From positions 800,001 to 864,000 of the forward strand of contig OZ242005.1 of NCBI GenBank assembly GCA_965204725.1: a stretch of DNA of 64,000 bases, read 5' to 3'. Source of the stretch: Candidatus Latescibacterota bacterium. Its GTDB lineage: Bacteria; Latescibacterota; UBA2968; UBA8231. How positions within the stretch are numbered: position 1 is the stretch's first letter; each line of letters opens with the position of its first letter. A model generated the notes under the pieces. That model did not search any database, was not told the DNA's origin, and saw only the letters and a list, made by a program, of their open reading frames with translations. The position numbers were made by a program, and so were the translations under genes. Of the stretch, positions 30,071 to 39,173 are shown piece by piece.

Positions 30071-32014
30071 TCAAAAAATCGGAATTCGATTGCCGGTCTC
30101 TCCGGTGACATAGTCGAAGAGCACCCAGAACCCCGAGACAAAAATGTGCCCCAAAATCAACCCTAAAAACAGAGGCCGCAACTGCCTATAAAGAGTCGCG
30201 CCGCCGTATTTGAGCACGAGGGCCTTGAGGACCCAGCCGATGAAAATGCTGAACCACGTCCATATAATCGTCAGGGTCGCGCCGATGGGAAAGCCGAGGT
30301 AATGCACCGGCCACCACAGGAAGTGGTGCCGGGCGTACATCAACAGCCCCATGATTCCCGCGCCGATTCCCGCAAACAGAAAGCGCGGCCCGATCTCGTC
30401 GAAGTCGCCCAAGGGATGCCTCGGGTTGGCGATCTTATAGGCCGAGTCGCCGTGGACTATTTCGCCGAAGCGGTTGTAGAACCACCAGTCCAAGTTGATG
30501 CCCCCGTACTGGTATCCCATCCACACCACCATCCATATTGACCCGGCCAAGCCGACCCCAATCGAGAGCATCAAGGCCCAAAACAGCGGCCGGCCCCGCA
30601 CTCGGCCCACATCGGCCAGCTTGAGACCATTGATCGCCGAGGCCATGACCATTGTCCGCAGATCGCCCGCCCAGCTAAAGGTCATTCCCAAGCTCACCAA
30701 CCCCGACGGACCAATCGCCTCAGTGCCCACCGCGTCGATCACAAACGGCTGTGCCGTCATCTGCGCCCGCGCAAAACCCAACCCGCCCTCGGCGACGATC
30801 CGCGTCAGCCCGTAGAAGATGCAAAAGGCCACGAAGAGAAAAAACAGCGCCACCCACCACGGCACGCCCGATAGGATCAGCCAGCCGGTGGCGTACGCGC
30901 TGGCCAAGACCAAGACGACGAGCGCCGCCCGATACGAGAGGATCTCCTGCGAATCGTCCAGCCCCCCCTCGTCGTACAGGGCCTTGCGCCAGACCTGCCG
31001 CAAATAGCTGCGGCTGTTCCACAGCCCGTAGAGCACCAGCACCAGCATGGCCCCCATCCCCTCGTAGGACACCGACATCGATCCTTCCATAAACAGGTCG
31101 CGGCGGCCGGGCAGGGAATAGCCGAGGACGTTCTCGGCCGTGATTTGCGCTTTGGTCAGCAAGTGGAAGAGCCAGATGCTCAACCCCACGTCCAAGCTCA
31201 AAAAGTACGCCAACCCCAGTGCCGCAAAGTTCACATTGGTCGTCAGCCCCAGCGCGTTGTTAAACAGCGAGATGCTGTGGCGCAACTGCACCGCCGGGAT
31301 AAAGGGGAAATAGTGGTTTAAGGCGTTGGTGCTGTGCAGCGCAAAGGGCAGCGCGAACCCGATCCACAAAAGCGGCCTTTTGAGCAGCGGACCGACGATG
31401 GAGCCGCGCTGGCCTTCCTCGGTTAGGTCAATGGGAAGCTGCAACAGCGGAAAGGTCAAGCGGTCGTAGTCAACCCACTGGCGGCGGACAATCGACGCGA
31501 TGGCGATCATCATCAAGTAGATCGCCAGAATGAACGAGACCCAAGCCGCAAGCGGCACCAGCCAAGGTTCCCAAGGGATGGGCTGCCCCTTGGGCAGGCC
31601 CTCAAAGAAGTACTTGATCGCGTCTGGATCCTGCGGCACCATCCACGTGCGGACATAAGGGTGCAGCAGCTCGGACCAGTTGTTTTCCGGAGTGGCGTAG
31701 TAGTAGATATTGGGCAACATGGCGATCAAATTGCCCGTAAAACCCCAAGTAGGGATGGCCGAGCCTATGATCATCATCGCGTAGATGATGATCAGCTCGG
31801 AGCGATTAAAGCCCCAAGAACGGCGAAGCAGTTTGAGTGCGGGATTGACAAAAGCCACGACCGCGAAAAACAGGAAAACCGCCCCGGCCGTGATGTAATC
31901 GGAGGACATGCCCGCGGTGGCCATCGCCAGCCGCGCATACGCGAAAAACACGTTGATCGCCAGCGACAGCAAGGCCCCAAAAGCGAGCGAGCGATAGGTG
32001 AAATTGCCGGGCAT
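30071..32014 (-). CDS. DUF6785/DUF6784-like polytopic membrane protein (putative transporter)
   Basis: YYATPENNWSELLHPY, QWVDYDRLTFPL, WWPVHYLG, LKYGG, PLFLGLILG. Confidence 0.8.
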   Translation of the reverse strand: MPGNFTYRSLAFGALLSLAINVFFAYARLAMATAGMSSDYITAGAVFLFFAVVAFVNPALKLLRRSWGFNRSELIIIYAMMIIGSAIPTWGFTGNLIAMLPNIYYYATPENNWSELLHPYVRTWMVPQDPDAIKYFFEGLPKGQPIPWEPWLVPLAAWVSFILAIYLMMIAIASIVRRQWVDYDRLTFPLLQLPIDLTEEGQRGSIVGPLLKRPLLWIGFALPFALHSTNALNHYFPFIPAVQLRHSISLFNNALGLTTNVNFAALGLAYFLSLDVGLSIWLFHLLTKAQITAENVLGYSLPGRRDLFMEGSMSVSYEGMGAMLVLVLYGLWNSRSYLRQVWRKALYDEGGLDDSQEILSYRAALVVLVLASAYATGWLILSGVPWWVALFFLFVAFCIFYGLTRIVAEGGLGFARAQMTAQPFVIDAVGTEAIGPSGLVSLGMTFSWAGDLRTMVMASAINGLKLADVGRVRGRPLFWALMLSIGVGLAGSIWMVVWMGYQYGGINLDWWFYNRFGEIVHGDSAYKIANPRHPLGDFDEIGPRFLFAGIGAGIMGLLMYARHHFLWWPVHYLGFPIGATLTIIWTWFSIFIGWVLKALVLKYGGATLYRQLRPLFLGLILGHIFVSGFWVLFDYVTGETGNRIPIF

Positions 32015-32123
32015 TAGAGCATCTTAGGACATTGTGTATCTCGGCGCAAATTGCGGCAATTTGTCGCCGGCCCAGCCGCAGCCTATACTTAGCGACCCCC
32101 CATTCACCTCAAAGGATACCCTA

Positions 32124-33174
32124 ATGGCAGCACTCAAAGTCGGCATCATTGGCCTCGGCGGCATCGCCCGCTCCCACTGCGATTCAATCGCCCAGCTCGA
32201 CCAAGTAGAAGTCGTAGCGGTCGCCGATTTGTTCGCGGAGAAGCGACGCCAGTTCATGGACCAGTACCACATCCCCAAGGGCTATTCCACCCACCACGAC
32301 CTCTTGCAGGATGCCGACGTCGACGCGGTCGCCATCGTGCTTGGGCACCAGTTGCACCACCAACTCACCATCGACGCCTGCCGCGCCGGCAAGCACGTGC
32401 TCGTCGAAAAGCCCATGGCCAAGCCTAGCGCAGTGCGACGCCATGGTCGCCGCGGCGGCCGAAAACGATGTCAAGCTGATGATCGGGCTGTCGCAGCACT
32501 TTTACAGCACGAGCCTCAAGGCCAAGGAAATCCTCGACTCCGGCCAACTCGGCCCGGTGATTACAGCGGTTAGCTACATGTCGAAAAATTGGAATTTCGC
32601 CGGCCGCCGGCCCCAATACCGCAGCCGCTTCCACGGCGGCGGCATGTGGCTGACCAACGGGGTCCACGTCGTCGATCGGCTCACGTGGGTGATGGCTTCG
32701 CAAGCCGCGTCGGTCTCGGCCGCCATTGGCACCCGCGCTCACTACCAAGCCGGCGACGATTCAGCCACGGCCTTCATCCGCTACAAGAACGGCCTCGCCG
32801 GCACGGCCGTGGCCGTGGGCTACGCCAACGGGGCGCCGAATTTTGAATGCCAAGTGATTTGCGCCAACGGCTCCATGCGCTTCAGCCAGCACGGCGAGCA
32901 GTACGTCAAAATAGGTCGCGGCGATACGTGGGAAGACGTCCCGTTTGCGGACGCGCCGACCGAGATGTACCACGAGTGGAAGAGCTTTGCCGAGGCCATC
33001 GCGCTCAACATTGAGCCGCCGACCCACGGCCAATACGGGCGGCACATCATGGAAATTCTCTTCGCGGCCGAAGCCTCGTCCCTCTCCGGCCGCGAGGTCG
33101 AAATCGGCGGCGGCCCGCATTGGCAGGCCCAGACTTCCGGCGCGCCCGTAACCGGCCAGCACGGTTGGATTTAG
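32124..33174 (+). pseudogene. Gfo/Idh/MocA oxidoreductase, frameshifted at about 32421
   Basis: VGIIGLGGIA...GKHVLVEKPMA in one frame continues as SLAQCDAM...GGGMWLTNGVHVVD in another. Confidence 0.85.
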
Positions 33175-33346
33175 TAGAGAGGTTAGTATCCATTGATGGG
33201 TATTATTGGACACAGTTTGCGCCGAGCCCCGAGCCGCTTTTATCAGACCATCGGCGCTGGCATGGATATTGCAGTAGGTAGTATGTACAAAAAGCAGTAT
33301 GTATGTGGTTATTTGTCCCACCCTCGCCTAACTTAGGAGCCCGACC

Positions 33347-33856
33347 ATGAGCGAAAGCACCGATCCGCAAACCCGTGTGATCCCCACCCCCGAAGAAATG
33401 CCTTGGAGCATTAGCTATCTGCACAACGACATTCAAGCCCTGCGTACCCAAACGCATGACGACATTCAAGCTCTACGCGACCAATCGCACGACGACATTC
33501 AAGCTCTACGCGACCAAACACACGACGATATTCAAGCTCTACGCGACCAAACACACGACGATATTCAAGCTCTACGCGACCAAACGCATGACGACATTCA
33601 AGCCCTGCATACCGAAATAGGAGTCGTCCACAAGCGCATTGACGAGACCAACCGCTTGTTGAATGACGGTCTCAAAGAGACCAACCGCGTATTAGGTGCC
33701 CGCATCGACGAGACCAACAAGCGCATTGACGAGACCAACCGCGTACTGAGCGAGCAGATTCGCGCCATCCACAAGCGCATGGACACCTATTTCCTGTGGA
33801 TGATGGGCACGTTGGTCGCCATCACCGGCGTCCTCATCGCCGTCATCAAGCTCTGA
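33347..33856 (+). CDS. Coiled-coil repeat protein with C-terminal membrane anchor
   Basis: AGGAG RBS; HDDIQALRDQT about 6 times; DETN repeats; C-terminal TM FLWMMGTLVAITGVLIAVIKL. Confidence 0.85.
   Translation: MSESTDPQTRVIPTPEEMPWSISYLHNDIQALRTQTHDDIQALRDQSHDDIQALRDQTHDDIQALRDQTHDDIQALRDQTHDDIQALHTEIGVVHKRIDETNRLLNDGLKETNRVLGARIDETNKRIDETNRVLSEQIRAIHKRMDTYFLWMMGTLVAITGVLIAVIKL
33422..33613 (+). repeat. 33-bp coding tandem repeat (about 5.8 copies)
   Basis: Unit CACGACGA(C/T)ATTCAAGCTCTACGCGACCAAAC(A/G) starting at 33422, 33455, 33488, 33521, 33554, 33587. Confidence 0.95.
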
Positions 33857-33868
33857 GCGCGACCGCGG

Positions 33869-33895
33869 CCTATCCACGCTCCAGCGGCGTCATAT
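33869..33895 (+). repeat. 27-bp direct repeat, displaced copy of the AKR 3' end
   Basis: CCTATCCACGCTCCAGCGGCGTCATAT vs CCTACCCACGCTCCAGCGGCGTCATAT at 34817-34843 (1 mismatch). Confidence 0.9.
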
Positions 33896-33917
33896 AGCAA
33901 TCCTACACCCTTCAAGA

Positions 33918-33971
33918 CTGGATTCCCGCCCCGTGTCGGGGCACGGGGTGACGTCCATTCGTGGGAATGAC
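33918..33971 (-). repeat. CGTC/GTCA REP-like element with nested hairpin
   Basis: Reverse complement matches 20328-20381, including an identical inner CGTCACCCCGTGCCCCGACACGGGG. Confidence 0.9.
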
Positions 33972-34018
33972 TCCTCCCCACCCAAGCTGACCGCGCTCGC
34001 CTGCATCGGCTAACTGAG

Positions 34019-34420
34019 TCATAGCCCTTGACGTATTTCGAGGCCATCGTCGGGGAAACGCTCGTCCATAGAATACATGGCTGACGCTCCATCTGTCCGG
34101 GCGGCTGCCCACAGCATAGCATCTGCAAAAGACACCCTTCCCGACGGGCGGCACATTATCAGCCCTTCCAACACAAGGCTTTTGTTCAAAGCGTAGGTCG
34201 AAAGGTTTGCCCTTTTAACCAAAGCTATAATGAGATCAACCACTTTTGAACGGGGCATCTGGTAAACCGACGAGAGGACAAAGGCGGTTTCGGCCAATAC
34301 GCCCTCAGTAACTTTGAGATCATCCGCGTTCTCAATAATTTGGGTTGCCTTCTCGCACATATCAGGCGGGTCGCCGGTCAAATATCGCACGATTACGCTG
34401 GTATCGAGAAATCCGCTCAC
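34019..34420 (-). CDS. vapC: PIN-domain toxin (VapC-like)
   Basis: FLDTSVIVRYL, VLAETAFVL, SFADAM, YSMD; GTG start overlaps the antitoxin stop. Confidence 0.9.
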   Translation of the reverse strand: MSGFLDTSVIVRYLTGDPPDMCEKATQIIENADDLKVTEGVLAETAFVLSSVYQMPRSKVVDLIIALVKRANLSTYALNKSLVLEGLIMCRPSGRVSFADAMLWAAARTDGASAMYSMDERFPDDGLEIRQGL

Positions 34421-34701
34421 TATTCTCGCTCCCGAAGGTTCATTTTCTCTTCTGCTCTTTGCTTCCAAGCAGCTTCCCGCGCCTCATCCCATTCCTTACC
34501 TAACGCGATGCTTTTCTTAATGTACTGGGCAGCACTGCCTGCCAAGGACTTGCCATGCTCCGGCGGCAGGCAGTGGATTTCCACATGGTCATCTACTAAG
34601 AATTGATAGGCCAGCCAGCTAGGGTCTATACCTAGCTTTGCGCGGAGCTCTTCTGCGATGACGATTTCGCCTTTGTGTCCAACTTTACCTTTTATAGTCA
34701 T
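34420..34701 (-). CDS. AbrB/MazE/SpoVT-family antitoxin
   Basis: KVGHKGEIVIAEELRAKLGI; directly upstream of the PIN toxin. Confidence 0.85.
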   Translation of the reverse strand: MTIKGKVGHKGEIVIAEELRAKLGIDPSWLAYQFLVDDHVEIHCLPPEHGKSLAGSAAQYIKKSIALGKEWDEAREAAWKQRAEEKMNLRERE

Positions 34702-34792
34702 GTTTTACCTGCTTGAAAAACAGAATATATGTTCAGTTATTTCCAGTCAGTAGCTTAATGCAGTACCTACAGTATCCGAACAGGAAACGCAA

Positions 34793-34821
34793 GTAGGGGC
34801 GACCAGTCGCGGGTCCCCTAC
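34793..34821. repeat. GTAG-tagged REP-like hairpin overlapping the AKR stop codon
   Basis: GTAGGGG-CGACCAGTCGCGGGT-CCCCTAC inverted repeat. Confidence 0.55.
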
Positions 34822-35684
34822 CCACGCTCCAGCGGCGTCATATCTCCGGCCTGCGCCACTTCCGCGAGTTCGGCCACGCTCGCCGCGCCGCTGGCTATGG
34901 TCGAGACCCGCTCGTCGGCCAAGACCCAGCGAAATGCGCTCTGCGGCAAGGTGGATTCCTCTTGCTCCAGCCGAGCGATCGTCGCCCAAGCTCGCCGCCG
35001 CTCTTCCGCACACTCAAACCGCCGCTCCACCGCCGCTTGCTGTCCCGCGCCCGCCACGTACAGCCCCCCAGCCAGCACTGTCGCCAGCACCACCCCCATA
35101 TCGCTTTGCGCGGCGGCTGGCAAAACCTCGGCCGCAGCCAACGACACACAGGGGTGGTAGTCATGGTAGCACAGCACCGCGTCGAACTCGCCGGTCGCGG
35201 CCAATCGCGCCAACAGGGGGATGGCCCGGCCCGTCACGCCGATAAAATCGCACAGCCCCTGTTTTTGCGCGGCGCGCAAGCCCTCCAAGGTCCCGCCCTT
35301 TTCTATGATTCGTTCCCAACCCGCTAGGTTTACCTCGTGGATCTGCGCCACCGTGAGCTTAGATCGGCCCAGCAACGCCAAGCTGCGCTCCAAGCTCTGC
35401 ACGACCGAATCGCGCCGGTAGTCAAAGCCTTCCGGCTTAAACCCGACTTTGGTCGCCAAGTACAAGGGGCGTCGCTCCCCGGCCAGAGCCTTGCCCAGCA
35501 GCGCTTCGCTCGCCCCGTAGAGCGGGGCCGTGTCGATGTAATTGCAACCCAAATCCAGAGCGCACCGCACAATCGCCCGGGCGTTTTCCTCGGCGCGCTC
35601 CGGGTCTTTACCCCCCAAGTAGGCCCCACCCAAGCTGACCGCGCTCACCTGTAATTGGGTGCGTCCAAATCGCCGATAGTGCAT
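34818..35684 (-). CDS. Aldo/keto reductase
   Basis: MHYRRFGRTQLQVSAVSLGG, YIDTAPLYGASE, ATKVG, QIHE; AAGGAG RBS before 35684. Confidence 0.9.
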   Translation of the reverse strand: MHYRRFGRTQLQVSAVSLGGAYLGGKDPERAEENARAIVRCALDLGCNYIDTAPLYGASEALLGKALAGERRPLYLATKVGFKPEGFDYRRDSVVQSLERSLALLGRSKLTVAQIHEVNLAGWERIIEKGGTLEGLRAAQKQGLCDFIGVTGRAIPLLARLAATGEFDAVLCYHDYHPCVSLAAAEVLPAAAQSDMGVVLATVLAGGLYVAGAGQQAAVERRFECAEERRRAWATIARLEQEESTLPQSAFRWVLADERVSTIASGAASVAELAEVAQAGDMTPLERG

Positions 35685-35700
35685 GTGCTTCTCCTTGTGA

Positions 35701-36948
35701 TCAAAGCCGTTGGCAAATGACGATGTTTTCCTCTTGCATTGTGGCAGCCGTCTTACCCATAACATTGGAAGGACTGTTCTTTTTGGGCATGCGCTTATTG
35801 GGTATATTCCTAACGATGGTTTCCCGATGAGAAAATCTATGCCGAGCGAAGGCAAAAACAATAAACTCATCCGTCGGCAGGATAACATCTTTGACCCTGC
35901 GGTTACCAACCACATAGCAAACCTTCGCATGTTTTGCAAGTAGTGGCGCGATACAATTTATACTATGCTCCAAGTCGATGTAAAATGCCTCGACCTGGGC
36001 CGCACGTTTTTCATCCATAGCACGGATTTTTCCAATAGCCTCCGAAACCGGTGACGTACGCAATCTGCTTTCTTTTTTTTTGCCGCCCATTGATATGCGG
36101 TCAATTTTGCGCGAATTATTCAGGCCGATCCAATCGGCTGACAAACGCGAAAATTGTCCATACGCAACTGTTGTTTGCGAGTCGCCATACGGAGGAGATG
36201 TGATAACTAAATCGAATCCGCCCAGCGGTTGTTTTTCAGGCAACTCGCTGTTTGCGGTATTCTTACCTGAGACAAAGACCTTGACATTTTTTCTTTTATT
36301 TAAATAACTTTCAAAACCCTGCCGATTTCGGCTTATCTTGCTCTGCAAAATGCCGAGAACATCAGGCTTAAAAATTTTCATTTTCTGAGCCGGTATTCTG
36401 TTCAACTTGAACTCACTATTTTTTGTATAGGAACATTCTCGAACTGTTTCTGAAAATGCGACCCAAAAGAAATTGCGGATCGCCTCATCCTCTATGGCGT
36501 AAATGTATGCACGGAGAAAAGACAGGTACATTGTAACATCTTTGGAGAACCAATAGTCCAGATTTAGAACATCGGCAGCCGGTGTGTACGGTATATGATT
36601 AGAGAATCCAATTTGAAAAATAGTGTTGTCTAAATCCTGCAAATGAAAATCAAGCGTTCGTAGGGAAATCGAAGAGGTCTTGGCCATTGCGACCAGCCTC
36701 ACGAGGGGATTAATGTCACATCCGACGCTGTTCATTCCAAACATGGAGGCTTCTACCAAGGATGTACCAGTACCGCAATAGGGGTCGAATAACCACCCAC
36801 CTACACAGCCATACCGATCTAAGAGCTTTCTTGCAATCTGGGGAATCATCATCGCGGGATAATTGTGGAAACAATGAGTGTATTTCTTGGTATCTTCTTT
36901 TCTAAAATCCCAGGTTATATCTTTGTGTTTGTGATTGATCACCGTCAT
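35701..36948 (-). CDS. N4-cytosine DNA methyltransferase, M.MvaI-like
   Basis: HNYPAMMIPQIAR, DPYCGTGT (motif I), TSPPYGDSQTTVAYGQFSRLS (motif IV SPPY); low GC. Confidence 0.9.
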   Translation of the reverse strand: MTVINHKHKDITWDFRKEDTKKYTHCFHNYPAMMIPQIARKLLDRYGCVGGWLFDPYCGTGTSLVEASMFGMNSVGCDINPLVRLVAMAKTSSISLRTLDFHLQDLDNTIFQIGFSNHIPYTPAADVLNLDYWFSKDVTMYLSFLRAYIYAIEDEAIRNFFWVAFSETVRECSYTKNSEFKLNRIPAQKMKIFKPDVLGILQSKISRNRQGFESYLNKRKNVKVFVSGKNTANSELPEKQPLGGFDLVITSPPYGDSQTTVAYGQFSRLSADWIGLNNSRKIDRISMGGKKKESRLRTSPVSEAIGKIRAMDEKRAAQVEAFYIDLEHSINCIAPLLAKHAKVCYVVGNRRVKDVILPTDEFIVFAFARHRFSHRETIVRNIPNKRMPKKNSPSNVMGKTAATMQEENIVICQRL

Positions 36949-37334
36949 ATTATTTTATCCCTCCTGCCAAAGCATAAGTTTAAAAATTTCTCCTCAATTC
37001 TAAAACCCGTTCCGTGATTTCTTACCACATTATTATTTCGTAGATGCATTCTCAAATCAACGACAACTATATCTTTCCTGATTAAATCTAAAAAATTATC
37101 CTCATCCGGATCAGTCAAAAGATCGGCTTCATTAAACCAAAATTCCTCCTTTTCGTCTGAATTGACACGGGTATCTGCGTAAACAATAACTAAAGAGGGC
37201 ATCTTCTTTTTGAAAGTATCAATCAAGCCTTCTCCAGGCCAGTGAGCAATAAGCGTCTTATCCACATGATAAAGCCGAACCATTTCTTCCTCAACTTTTA
37301 GAAAAAGTCCTTGATTATTTGGCGTACCGAGTGG
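36945..37334 (-). pseudogene. C-terminal fragment of an MvaI/BcnI-family restriction endonuclease
   Basis: TPNNQGLFL...KEEFWF...DLRMHL...RNHGTGFRI; in-frame stop just upstream of 37334, N-terminal half absent. Confidence 0.8.
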
Positions 37335-37427
37335 TTAGCCCAACCCCTGCGGCCATGATCACCAGTTCGTCAATGGTGAACTAGCTGATTCGGCCGTTGC
37401 CGAGCTCACTCTTTGGTAGAATCGTCC

Positions 37428-39158
37428 CTACCCCGCCACCGGCTTTAACCCCAGCAGCACCAACAGCCACGTGTTGTGCCAATAGGCGCTGTTGATGTAG
37501 GGGTTTTCCGCCGACGGCCAGTTTGTCCAATAGGTCTGATTGTGCGGGATGCGGTGGTACCACTGCACGATGGGGATGGAAGGTAGCTCGGCCAGCCAGA
37601 TTTCCATGGCCTCGCGGAAGAGCGTTTGCAGCGCGGGGTCGTCGGGCGCGGTTTGCCCCATCTGATCGACCAGCGCGTCAAAGGCCGGATTCGACCAGCG
37701 CCAAAACCGCTCGGAGTGCGTGCCGGTGGGCTGGACGAAGCGGCTGTGGTAGAGCCGCAGCGTGAAGTACGGATCGCGGACGCTCGCGCCATTGCCCATC
37801 AAGAACGCCCGCGCCGCGCCCTGCGCCATGCGCGAAAACGCATCGGGCGTCATGCGGAAGTCCGCGTCGAAACCCGCCCGTTCCAACTGCGCCACTAAGA
37901 CCGGCGCCAAGTCGGTAAAAATATCGAAAATGTCGATGACAATTTTGAGCCGCTCGCCCTCTTTAGCCCAGAACCCCGCGGCGTCCTTTTCCCACCCCTT
38001 GCGCTCCATAATCGCCGCGGCCTTGGCCGGGTCGTGGACGCCGATCTCGTACTTTTCCACTAAGTCTTGAATCGGGTCGGTGTATTGGCGGATGGGCGGG
38101 AAGTCCGGCAGCGGCAGATGCGATTTGGTCCCGGCCCCCTGCCAGCCAATGGCCACCAACTGGTCGCGATCAATGGCGTAGTTGATGGCGCGGCGAATCT
38201 CCGGGTCGTCAAACGGCGGCTCCAAATTGTTGAACCCCAAGCACACCGGCCACCAGTCGAGATACCCGTGCGGCAGTGTGCGCCCGGTCCAAGTAGAGAC
38301 CTGGGGATTGGCGTCGAGGGCCGACTGGATGTTCGGCGGCCGGATGTCGAGGCTGGTGTCCATGGCGTTGGAGATCAAGTTCTGCACCCGCTTGGTCTCC
38401 TCCATGTGCGTCAGGTAGATGATGCGCTCTACGGCCGGGGGCTGGCGAAAACCCGTCTTTTGCGCCCACCAGCCCGGGCGCAAATCCCACACCCGCTGGG
38501 CGGGTACGGAAATGAAAATCTCGTAGGGGCCGCTGGCCACGGGCCAGCCTTTTTCCACGTCGAAGTTGTTGAACGTCTTCGGGTCTTGGCCCTCCCAAAT
38601 GTGCTTGGGTACAATGGGGATGCCGTTGTCGAAATTGTTGGTGAAGTAGCTAAAGACAAAGCGCGGATTGGGTCTGGTAAGCGCGATTTTGGCCGTGTGG
38701 GCGTCAGTGGCCACCGCGCTTTGCACCCACGTCTGCATGTCCGTAGAAAAAGACAAGTGGGGCGCGTTATCCTTGAGCATGTTGATCGTAAAGACCAAGT
38801 CATGCGCCGTCCACGACTGCCCATCGCTCCACTCGGCTCCCTCGCGGATGTGGATGACGACCTCGGTGTAGTCGTCGTTGTACTCGTGCCCGGTGGCGAG
38901 CCAAGGGATGATGTTGTCGGCTTGCGAGGCGTAGGCGTTGTAGAAGTACAGGGGCTCATACTGGAAGTTCCAACCCGTCTTGGAGACGCCGGTCAGCAAA
39001 AACGGGTTAAAGGAGTTGTAATCCTTAATCTGTCCGCTGCAATCCTGCAAGCTCGAACAATCCATGATCAAGGTCCGGCTTCGCGGCACGTTTTTGTGCC
39101 CCCCATCGCCACAACCGACTAACAACACCCCTACGAAGCACAAGAACAGACCCTGCAT
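37428..39158 (-). CDS. ABC transporter substrate-binding lipoprotein (family 5, peptide/nickel type)
   Basis: LLVGC lipobox, YEPL, PWLAT, WSDGQSWTAHD, PFDDPEIRRAINYAIDR. Confidence 0.95.
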   Translation of the reverse strand: MQGLFLCFVGVLLVGCGDGGHKNVPRSRTLIMDCSSLQDCSGQIKDYNSFNPFLLTGVSKTGWNFQYEPLYFYNAYASQADNIIPWLATGHEYNDDYTEVVIHIREGAEWSDGQSWTAHDLVFTINMLKDNAPHLSFSTDMQTWVQSAVATDAHTAKIALTRPNPRFVFSYFTNNFDNGIPIVPKHIWEGQDPKTFNNFDVEKGWPVASGPYEIFISVPAQRVWDLRPGWWAQKTGFRQPPAVERIIYLTHMEETKRVQNLISNAMDTSLDIRPPNIQSALDANPQVSTWTGRTLPHGYLDWWPVCLGFNNLEPPFDDPEIRRAINYAIDRDQLVAIGWQGAGTKSHLPLPDFPPIRQYTDPIQDLVEKYEIGVHDPAKAAAIMERKGWEKDAAGFWAKEGERLKIVIDIFDIFTDLAPVLVAQLERAGFDADFRMTPDAFSRMAQGAARAFLMGNGASVRDPYFTLRLYHSRFVQPTGTHSERFWRWSNPAFDALVDQMGQTAPDDPALQTLFREAMEIWLAELPSIPIVQWYHRIPHNQTYWTNWPSAENPYINSAYWHNTWLLVLLGLKPVAG

Positions 39159-39173
39159 GGCACTCCTGTGAAA

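Noticed and set aside
33422-33613. Possible CRISPR array
   Set aside because: Repeats are head-to-tail with no spacers, in frame within a CDS, and no cas genes are present.
34818-35939. 373-aa extended aldo/keto reductase
   Set aside because: The extension overlaps the methylase gene; RBS and family motifs put the start at 35684.
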